The notes under the pieces were generated by a model. It saw only the letters and a program-made list of their open reading frames with translations. It searched no databases and was not told where the DNA came from. The position numbers and the translations under genes were made by a program. A DNA stretch of 64,000 nt from Halobacteriovoraceae bacterium (GTDB lineage: Bacteria > Bdellovibrionota > Bacteriovoracia > Bacteriovoracales > Bacteriovoracaceae): NCBI GenBank assembly GCA_963719505.1, contig CAVRCF010000001.1, positions 256,001-320,000 of the forward strand. Reading direction: 5' to 3'. Positions 57,256 through 64,000 of the stretch are shown piece by piece. Every line of letters starts with the position of its first letter. Position 1 is the stretch's first letter.

Positions 57256-57784
57256 TCCTAACCTCATTGATCAAATATTTTCTGATTCATGGCTCTATTC
57301 TGTTAATAGTTTTTTTATAATTGAGCCTCAGACAGGTTCTTATGATGAAAGGTTATTGAATGATAAAACTATGGTAGAGCAGGCTCAGCTGATCAAAGCA
57401 CAGTTTCTCTTAGGCTCAACGATAATAGTTAAAAACATCGAATCTTTTACTACCGAATTGAAGCGAAAATGTGAAGTCCTCGGCAAGGGGTCTATGGTTG
57501 ATGCACATATGTATTTGAATAAATTTAAAGAGTCTCTGTCTTTTGATTTCCACACTGACGAGACCGACGTTATCATCCACTTGGCTTATGGATTCAAAAA
57601 AATTGAAATTATCAAAGATGACATTGTTTCAACCCATACTCTTGCAGCTGGGGATGAATTATTCATTCCTAAAGGCTTAAAACACCGAGCGATTAATCTA
57701 GCACCATCTTGCTCTTTTAGTTTCGGTATCAAGGAAGATTCATTTTTTATTCCGGGAGGAATCACAAAGGATGACTTTTTTTAG
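57224..57784 (+). CDS. JmjC/cupin-4-like Fe(II)/2OG hydroxylase
   Basis: AHMY......F.FHTD..DVII....G.K......L..GD.LFIPKG..H.A. Confidence 0.78.
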   Translation: MMTQKCSPLLSPNLIDQIFSDSWLYSVNSFFIIEPQTGSYDERLLNDKTMVEQAQLIKAQFLLGSTIIVKNIESFTTELKRKCEVLGKGSMVDAHMYLNKFKESLSFDFHTDETDVIIHLAYGFKKIEIIKDDIVSTHTLAAGDELFIPKGLKHRAINLAPSCSFSFGIKEDSFFIPGGITKDDFF

Positions 57785-57789
57785 GTATT

Positions 57790-57819
57790 AAAAAGCTTCT
57801 CCTAAAAGAGAAGCTTTTT
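57790..57819. terminator. Bidirectional intrinsic terminator at the right edge of the island
   Basis: aaaaagcttctc-ctaaaa-gagaagcttttt. Confidence 0.8.
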
Positions 57820-57820
57820 A

Positions 57821-58720
57821 TTAAAATTGATATTCAGATTCTGTCGGTATTTGCTCAGATTCATTTCTAGCAAACTCTTCAGCAACCATGTCATCTTGAA
57901 AGTCCGCTTGGTTCTCAACCTGTACCTGGTCAAGCCTAACTTCTGGTGCAATATTCTGCACTGGCTGCGCTTGAGAGTATTCATCTTGAGATTGTTGCTG
58001 ATTCTGCTTGTCCATCTCCCAACTCTCCTGTGCTGTATAATAGTCATCACTATAAGCAACAGCTGTTTCACCGGCTTTAAACTCAAGTCTTGCTCCTGAG
58101 AATTGAGAATCATTTGTCAGTGTAATCATGTATGTTCCTTTTTTTACTTCATAGAACATTCCACTTTTCATCTCTCTTGTTTGTGGGTCTTCGTATTTAA
58201 AAACGTTACCAGCCATTCTCTCACGAGTATTAATCTCAATCGTTTTTCCACCTGGAAGATTGACATAGATTTCTTCAATTACTCCATCAACAGTTTTAGC
58301 TGATCCAGAGAAAGATCCCTTCTTCAGTGGTTTCTTATGGAAGACATTAGATAATTCAAGATCCATGTCACCTTTAATCGCTGGCTCAGGCATAATAGTC
58401 GTTTGTGCAACAGCCTTTACAGCTTTCTTCATTTTTCTTTCTGCTTTTTTAAACTTACCAGCAGCGATCGCTTTATTAGCTTTTACAATTTTCTTTTCAG
58501 CTTTCTTATTAAAGTTCGTCCAAGGAATACTAGATGCAGCCATCCTTCCTATAACGATCTCACCTCTTATCTCATCAAGTCTTTTTGTAAAGCTGATGCC
58601 CGAAGAGTCGGCCATGAAAGTATCATCTCCCATAATCATAGAATTATAACTCCCCATCGCTATCGCAGCAATAAGACTCAATGTTACAGTCCCTAGACTT
58701 AGTTTGTTTAATGCTCTCAT
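57821..58720 (-). CDS. Hypothetical secreted or membrane-anchored protein with acidic Gln-rich tail
   Basis: N-terminal hydrophobic helix; RBS gaggag; sigma54-type promoter upstream. Confidence 0.65.
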   Translation of the reverse strand: MRALNKLSLGTVTLSLIAAIAMGSYNSMIMGDDTFMADSSGISFTKRLDEIRGEIVIGRMAASSIPWTNFNKKAEKKIVKANKAIAAGKFKKAERKMKKAVKAVAQTTIMPEPAIKGDMDLELSNVFHKKPLKKGSFSGSAKTVDGVIEEIYVNLPGGKTIEINTRERMAGNVFKYEDPQTREMKSGMFYEVKKGTYMITLTNDSQFSGARLEFKAGETAVAYSDDYYTAQESWEMDKQNQQQSQDEYSQAQPVQNIAPEVRLDQVQVENQADFQDDMVAEEFARNESEQIPTESEYQF

Positions 58721-58746
58721 TTTTCTCTCCTCGTTGCTTTATATGA

Positions 58747-58763
58747 TGCAACGAGCATGCCAA
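58747..58763 (-). promoter_or_regulatory. Sigma54 (-24/-12) promoter
   Basis: Minus strand TTGGCATGCTCGTTGCA with exact GG-N10-GC spacing. Confidence 0.75.
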
Positions 58764-58900
58764 GAAATATGATATTTTTTTGAGGTGTAAGTTACTGGAT
58801 TTATATAGTTTTCAGTAGCTAGAGTGTAAATTTTCTAGCTACTGTCTATTTTTTAGACAAATTTGGGGTGGTCAGTTTTAGTTAAAAATAAGGCTCGGTC

Positions 58901-59092
58901 TTAAGGAAAATCGAGTTTAATTTTCATATAGTCTGCATGACTTGCTCTAAATCTCTTGATGGCTACGGCCACTAGATCTTCAACTTTGATCCCACTGTTG
59001 TCCGACATAAGTTGTAAATCTTCAACTAACTTCTTTTCAATTTTAACATTCAGGTCTGTTAATTCACCCTCATTGTGCGTTTGATCTTTCAT
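58901..59092 (-). CDS. Small protein, possibly ribbon-helix-helix
   Basis: 63 aa; LNVKIEKKLVEDL...SGI...DLV..AI. Confidence 0.5.
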   Translation of the reverse strand: MKDQTHNEGELTDLNVKIEKKLVEDLQLMSDNSGIKVEDLVAVAIKRFRASHADYMKIKLDFP

Positions 59093-59094
59093 CT

Positions 59095-59643
59095 CTATTC
59101 CTTATTTTTTAGCACTCTTAGTGCTTTCTTTTTCCGCAAACTTACTAATGCATTAGTAATCTCATAATCGATGAGAGTACTTTTTGAATACACATCTTCA
59201 ACTCTATTAACATCTGAGAGAGTTTTCAAGAGTGAAAATTCTGTTGCATCGACTTTTTCACCATTTGCAATAAAGCCGGGCTCTATAAGAATTTTTAAAT
59301 TCCCTGGTGGCTTTTGCTCTTTAGCAGACCTGTACTTTTCAACAACCTCAACAATCTTTCTTTTGAGGACACTATAAGGATAGTGAATAGTCTCAAGTCT
59401 TTGGTCTATCACTTCAGGCTCTACAATATATTTTAGGTTTTTGACATCGAACTCATCTATACACAGGTTAAAAAAACCTTTCAATGATTGAGATCCCTTA
59501 TAAGAGCAGTCAATAATCTTGCCATCTTTCAAAAATATCGAGCCTAAGATTTGAGATGTTTTAGAGTCTAAAGCGTTGACCTTTCCGGTAAACCCAACTG
59601 AGACCTGTTCATCTAAAATATAAATCAAATGCTCTTTACTCAA
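59095..59643 (-). CDS. DUF4388/PATAN-like protein
   Basis: FTG.VN......G.IFL.DG.II.C. Confidence 0.5.
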   Translation of the reverse strand: MSKEHLIYILDEQVSVGFTGKVNALDSKTSQILGSIFLKDGKIIDCSYKGSQSLKGFFNLCIDEFDVKNLKYIVEPEVIDQRLETIHYPYSVLKRKIVEVVEKYRSAKEQKPPGNLKILIEPGFIANGEKVDATEFSLLKTLSDVNRVEDVYSKSTLIDYEITNALVSLRKKKALRVLKNKE

Positions 59644-59645
59644 GT

Positions 59646-60800
59646 TTATTTATCCTTTTTAAATATTTTTGAAAGTAAACTCTTCTTCTTAGTATCTGAT
59701 GGGTTGAAATAACTGTCTACCTTGGAAGCAATTTCCTGATAGGCATTCCAAACTGTTTTACCTTCGAACTTATTTTGAGACATATAAGGAGTACCAAAGT
59801 CAGCTCCTTTTCTAAGTGCTAACTCTATTGGAATTTTTCCTAAATAACCAACACCCAACTCACTTGAAGCCGCCAAAACACCATTTGTTCCATAGATAAA
59901 ATGTTCTTTATCGCAGTTATCACAAATAAAAGAACTCATGTTCTCAACCATTCCCATGACATGGAGACCTAGTTTATCAAACATATGAAGTGCTTTTCTT
60001 GCATCCAAAAGGGCTATATCCTGAGGCGTTGATACAATAATAGCAGTATCAACTTCTAAGTTTTGCATCATTGAAAGTTGAACATCACCTGTACCAGGAG
60101 GAAGATCTAACAGAAGGTAGTCAAGTTCTCCCCAGTGAGTTTCAAAGAAAAATTGATTAAGGACTCCCCCAAGCATAGGCCCACGCCAAACGACAGGCTC
60201 ATCCTCATGGATAAAATTTCCAAAACTAATAAACTTAACCCCATAGTTCTCTAGAGGAATTATCTTTTTATCTTCAGTAGCCTCAGGCTTCTCTTTTCGT
60301 TTATCAAATAGCATAGGAATTGACGGTCCATAGATGTCAGCATCAATAACTCCAACTTTATGTCCAGCATTTGCAAGTGTCACAGCAAGGTTAGAGGTAA
60401 AAGAAGACTTACCAACTCCACCTTTTCCAGAGCCTATAGCAATGATATTTTTAACACCAGAGATAGGCTTTTTATCCATAACTTGTCCGTGGCCAACTTT
60501 TATTTGAGCTGGATTTTTTGCTTCCGGAACTGGTTTAGAGCCAATAGATCCATAGACCTCAGCACTTGCTTTGGACTCAGAGAGAATATAAAGATTGTCT
60601 TCATTTACGACACCCTTTAAGGCCTCTGTCATGTAGTCTTCCAGATGTTTTTTATCTGCCGGTGAAATCCCCTCTCTATTATATTTAATGTGGACGTCAT
60701 CACCTTTTTTATCAATATCTATGATTCTGTTTGATGAGCCTAGAGTCGTACCATCTTCATCAATTTTTATTGCTGATAGAATCTCTTTAATTTCGTTCAT
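59646..60800 (-). CDS. mrp: Mrp/NBP35 (ApbC) Fe-S cluster carrier ATPase
   Basis: SGKGGVGKS, DADIYGPS, WRGPML, DLPPGTGD, ENMS.F.C..C. Confidence 0.95.
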   Translation of the reverse strand: MNEIKEILSAIKIDEDGTTLGSSNRIIDIDKKGDDVHIKYNREGISPADKKHLEDYMTEALKGVVNEDNLYILSESKASAEVYGSIGSKPVPEAKNPAQIKVGHGQVMDKKPISGVKNIIAIGSGKGGVGKSSFTSNLAVTLANAGHKVGVIDADIYGPSIPMLFDKRKEKPEATEDKKIIPLENYGVKFISFGNFIHEDEPVVWRGPMLGGVLNQFFFETHWGELDYLLLDLPPGTGDVQLSMMQNLEVDTAIIVSTPQDIALLDARKALHMFDKLGLHVMGMVENMSSFICDNCDKEHFIYGTNGVLAASSELGVGYLGKIPIELALRKGADFGTPYMSQNKFEGKTVWNAYQEIASKVDSYFNPSDTKKKSLLSKIFKKDK

Positions 60801-60969
60801 TTTATTCGCCTTTGATTAAATTTGCCCTTTTATACCAAAGCTCTTCTAACTTGATAATTGAAAAGGAGTGAGATTAGGTTTAAAAAGAGGACTTTTTTTC
60901 CTTATCTGGTAACAGGCTGCAACGTATATCATAATGATTTTAGTACATTAGGAACATTAGGGGTTTATT

Positions 60970-61521
60970 TTGGCCGTTTATAAAAGAACTATTTTCGTAA
61001 TTAATCCGAAATTTCAATATTACTTTGCATTTGTTATATGCTCATTGGTCTTTATCGCATCGTTGATCTACCCCATCACCATTTACGATATCTATGCAAA
61101 GGTCATCTCACAGCAGCCTGGGCAAGCCGAACAACTTACTCAAAACAGAGAAGATCTCCTTATGCTTTTGTTTGCTTTGCAAGCCGCTTTTATAGGTGTT
61201 GTTTTTGTTGTCTGTATATTTCTCTCCCACAAAATTGCCGGTCCTTTATATAAGTTAAAAAACTATCTTATCAATATTCGCTCTGGTGGAGATATCACCC
61301 CCCTCTATTTTCGAAAAGGCGACAACTTTCACGATGTGGCTGAGGAAGTTACCGAAACTATGGAATTTCTTAATACTCAAAGGGCACAGGATTTTGAATA
61401 TTTAGATGAAGTTTCATCATACATAGCAAATTTGTCCCTAGTCGTTCCAGAGGATAAGAAGCCCGTACTCAATGAAATACAGCGTAAGTTATCGGAAATT
61501 CAAAACAGGTACCAAAACTGA
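60970..61521 (+). CDS. Membrane protein with HAMP-like region
   Basis: INPKFQ, two TMs, SHKIAGPLY.L......FRKGD. Confidence 0.7.
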   Translation: MAVYKRTIFVINPKFQYYFAFVICSLVFIASLIYPITIYDIYAKVISQQPGQAEQLTQNREDLLMLLFALQAAFIGVVFVVCIFLSHKIAGPLYKLKNYLINIRSGGDITPLYFRKGDNFHDVAEEVTETMEFLNTQRAQDFEYLDEVSSYIANLSLVVPEDKKPVLNEIQRKLSEIQNRYQN

Positions 61522-61597
61522 CAAAGGGCTTGGCTTTTTCTATGAGAATGATACACTAAGTTACTAAGTTATTTCGATCAGTTAGCATGGAGGCTAT

Positions 61598-63541
61598 TTG
61601 ATAAAAAGATTTTTTCTTACATTTCTCATAGCAACAAGCCTGTGTTATTCGCAAGGCACTACTACGAGCACAAAAGAAGACTCTCCATACTCTACTAGTA
61701 TTAATTTAAACATTAAAAAACAAGATCTTGATGCTGCTAAAGAGTTGGCCAAGTTGAAATATCAGGTCAATAGTAATTCTGCCAAGCTTGAGCTTGCAAA
61801 ATCAACGTTAAAGGCGATTAAGAGTAGAAAGATATTTAGCCATTTCATCCCTTGGAACGAATCCGTTATCAAGGTTCTTTCAGAAAATAAAGCGGCTAAG
61901 CACTTTAAGCTTTGCCAAGTTATAGACTCAGAGCTTACGAGATTTTGTCTTGAAACCTTTTTTGATAAATATAGTAAAACAGATCTGAGCCACTATTTTG
62001 ACAGCAGCACGAGCTTTATCTTATCAAACATGAAAGCGAAAACACTTTCAAACTTTCTTAAAAATGCAAAAGAGATTAAAAAGATATCTCAGTCTTTTTT
62101 GAATGAGTTTAAAAGTGACCCTAAGTTAATGAACAGGTTAATTATTCAAAACCTTTACCATAGTAAAGAGTTAACTCTTTTAGTACAAAAGTCTAAGTTC
62201 TTTGAGTCAAACTATATTTTTAAAAAGCTCGTAAGAACCAAGATTAATGACATTTACTTGCGCCTGGATGAAAATAAAGAGTACAAAGAAAAGTTAACTG
62301 AGCTTCTTCAATACACAAAAGATATCCATCAAGACGTAAACACTCAAATTATTTACAAGTCTCTTTTTGTTATGGGTAAAACATTTAGCCAAAAGAAGGA
62401 TTTTAAATCCGCTAGGATCGTTTTCTCAACGCTAATGGATCTGGGGCTTGGAAGTCGCTCATCTTTGTATTTCGAAAGTATGTGGAGCTATATCCTTGAA
62501 GGTAAACTTGACGACGCATTTGAAATCTATGCAGAAGACGAAGCAATCCTAAGCGAGATGAAAAGTTTTGAAGATGATCGAATTAATTTTTGGCTTGCAC
62601 ACTTATATGGAGAAAATGGAAAAGAGAGTAAAGCTCACGAGCTCTATAAGAAAATTATCTACGACTCTCCTCTTTCCTACTATTCAATCATGAGTGCTAA
62701 AAAGCTAAGTAAATCAAAAGACGTCGACTTTACTGACTCATACCTCAGTAACCTAAAGAACAAAGAGTTAAAGACCAACCCTATTATTACCTATCATGAG
62801 GATGAAACTGACAAGCTCCTCAGAATAAAGATTTGGGATAAAATTCGGGCAAGACAACTTTTGAGAAAAGAGAAGAACCTCTATCTAAAGGGCGGGTTTA
62901 CGAATCCGTATTTAAAAATATCAAAATTTTTCTATGATGATGGAAACTACCTGGAAGGCTTCAAATCTATATACAGAGGAATCAATGTCAATGTAGAGAC
63001 ACTCAATCCTTTAAGCTTGACCTATTTATATCCAACGCAGTACCTCGATCGTTTACAAAAAGTTTCCTCGGATTTTGATCCTATTATTGCCCTCTCGCTC
63101 ATCAGGCAGGAGTCGGCTTTTAATGAACGGGCTAGAAGTCATGTGGGAGCGAGAGGTTTAATGCAAATCATGCCCAACACCGGTAAGAGATTTCACCGCT
63201 CTCTTAGAACACACCAGTTGTACAATCCAAAAGTTAATATCAAAATTGGAACTAAATATTTAAAAAAGTTACTCAATCGGTACGACGATAACTTAGTCTA
63301 CACTCTTGCCGCTTACAATGCTGGAGAATCAAGAGTTAAGCGCTGGAAGAGAGATTTATTTAACGATGATTCAATTCTAGAGAATATTGAAAAAATTCCA
63401 TTTCTTGAAACGAGAAAGTACGTAAAGTTGATTTTTAGAAATATATTCTTCTATAAACTTTTGAATAAAAATCAAAAAGCCAGCAGAGCGCTGGCTTCAA
63501 ATGATCAAAATTATCTCTACGATGTGTACTTGGGTTTTTAA
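61598..63541 (+). CDS. Soluble lytic murein transglycosylase (Slt family)
   Basis: Signal peptide; IRQESAF..A.S..GA.GLMQIMP, AAYNAG, IPF.ETR.YV. Confidence 0.92.
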   Translation: MIKRFFLTFLIATSLCYSQGTTTSTKEDSPYSTSINLNIKKQDLDAAKELAKLKYQVNSNSAKLELAKSTLKAIKSRKIFSHFIPWNESVIKVLSENKAAKHFKLCQVIDSELTRFCLETFFDKYSKTDLSHYFDSSTSFILSNMKAKTLSNFLKNAKEIKKISQSFLNEFKSDPKLMNRLIIQNLYHSKELTLLVQKSKFFESNYIFKKLVRTKINDIYLRLDENKEYKEKLTELLQYTKDIHQDVNTQIIYKSLFVMGKTFSQKKDFKSARIVFSTLMDLGLGSRSSLYFESMWSYILEGKLDDAFEIYAEDEAILSEMKSFEDDRINFWLAHLYGENGKESKAHELYKKIIYDSPLSYYSIMSAKKLSKSKDVDFTDSYLSNLKNKELKTNPIITYHEDETDKLLRIKIWDKIRARQLLRKEKNLYLKGGFTNPYLKISKFFYDDGNYLEGFKSIYRGINVNVETLNPLSLTYLYPTQYLDRLQKVSSDFDPIIALSLIRQESAFNERARSHVGARGLMQIMPNTGKRFHRSLRTHQLYNPKVNIKIGTKYLKKLLNRYDDNLVYTLAAYNAGESRVKRWKRDLFNDDSILENIEKIPFLETRKYVKLIFRNIFFYKLLNKNQKASRALASNDQNYLYDVYLGF

Positions 63542-64000
63542 TTAAACATTAAACCTAAAGTGCATAACATCGCCATCTTTTACAACGTATTCTTTTCCTT
63601 CCATCTTAAGCTTTCCAGCCTCTTTTAACTTTGCTTCTGTCTTTAATTCAAACAGATCATCACAATGATAAACATCAGCTTTAATAAATCCTTTTTCAAA
63701 GTCAGTGTGGATTACACCCGCACATTGAGGAGCCTTCATTCCCTGGGTAAATGTCCAAGCTCTGACTTCTTTTTCACCGGCTGTGAAATAAGTTTTTAAG
63801 CCTAAAATTTTATAACCAGCTTTAATAAGGAGATTAAGACCAGACTCTTTTAACCCCATATCGGCCAAAAATTCTTTTTTCTCTTCATCGCTTTCAAGTT
63901 GAGCAATTTCTGATTCTATCTTTCCGCAAATTTTTACAACACTTGCGCCTTCTTTTTGAGCAACTTCTCTTACAGCTTTAACATGATCGTTATCTTCGTG
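63542..64000 (-). CDS. ychF: Redox-regulated ATPase YchF, C-terminal part (runs off window)
   Basis: TYFTAGEKEVRAWT...APQ.AGVIHTDFEKGFI...EGKEYVV.DGD.MHFRFNV. Confidence 0.97.
   Translation of the reverse strand, partial: HEDNDHVKAVREVAQKEGASVVKICGKIESEIAQLESDEEKKEFLADMGLKESGLNLLIKAGYKILGLKTYFTAGEKEVRAWTFTQGMKAPQCAGVIHTDFEKGFIKADVYHCDDLFELKTEAKLKEAGKLKMEGKEYVVKDGDVMHFRFNV

Noticed and set aside
45369-57784. DNA hypermodification or anti-phage system (2OG oxygenases plus glycosyltransferase)
   Set aside because: No methyltransferase, nuclease or nucleotide-metabolism gene is recognisable in the island, and SPASM enzymes plus a Cys/His tail favour a protein substrate; kept only as a minor alternative.
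42963-57819. Intact prophage or mobile element
   Set aside because: No integrase, terminase, capsid, transposase or visible att repeats; only fibre-like and enzyme genes.
1-64000. CRISPR array, rRNA, IS elements, riboswitches
   Set aside because: No regularly spaced repeats, rRNA-like sequence, transposase or recognisable riboswitch seen by eye; an Rfam scan would be needed to exclude small RNAs.

Overview
AT-rich bacterial chromosomal window. Gene content suggests a Bdellovibrionota predator of the Bacteriovorax/Halobacteriovorax type; this is an inference and was not searched. Most of it is housekeeping: flgK(end)-flgL-csrA-fliW, bamD, astA, tRNA-Asn, ygfZ-TPR/iscA, icmF/pduO, a CHASE2 kinase with a sigma54 regulator plus lspA-lgt, asnB/asnC, lipAB, amgK-murU, folK, an acyl-CoA dehydrogenase with frameshifted etfBA, sdaA, mrp, slt and ychF. 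The standout is a ~15 kb accessory island at ~42960-57820. It centres on a 185-aa protein ending in (Cys-His-x-Ser)3-RARR, surrounded by five radical SAM/SPASM-type enzymes, four Fe(II)/2-oxoglutarate or JmjC oxygenases, a glycosyltransferase fused to a kinase-like domain and four orphan ORFs. Next to these are three genes built from phage tail-fibre-like parts: a pilin-S74 chaperone fusion, a G2-like chaperone protein and a Tat-signal fibre-like domain. It looks like an uncharacterised RiPP-like or protein post-translational modification system, possibly decorating a surface fibre. All calls are from motif recognition by eye; no database searches were run.
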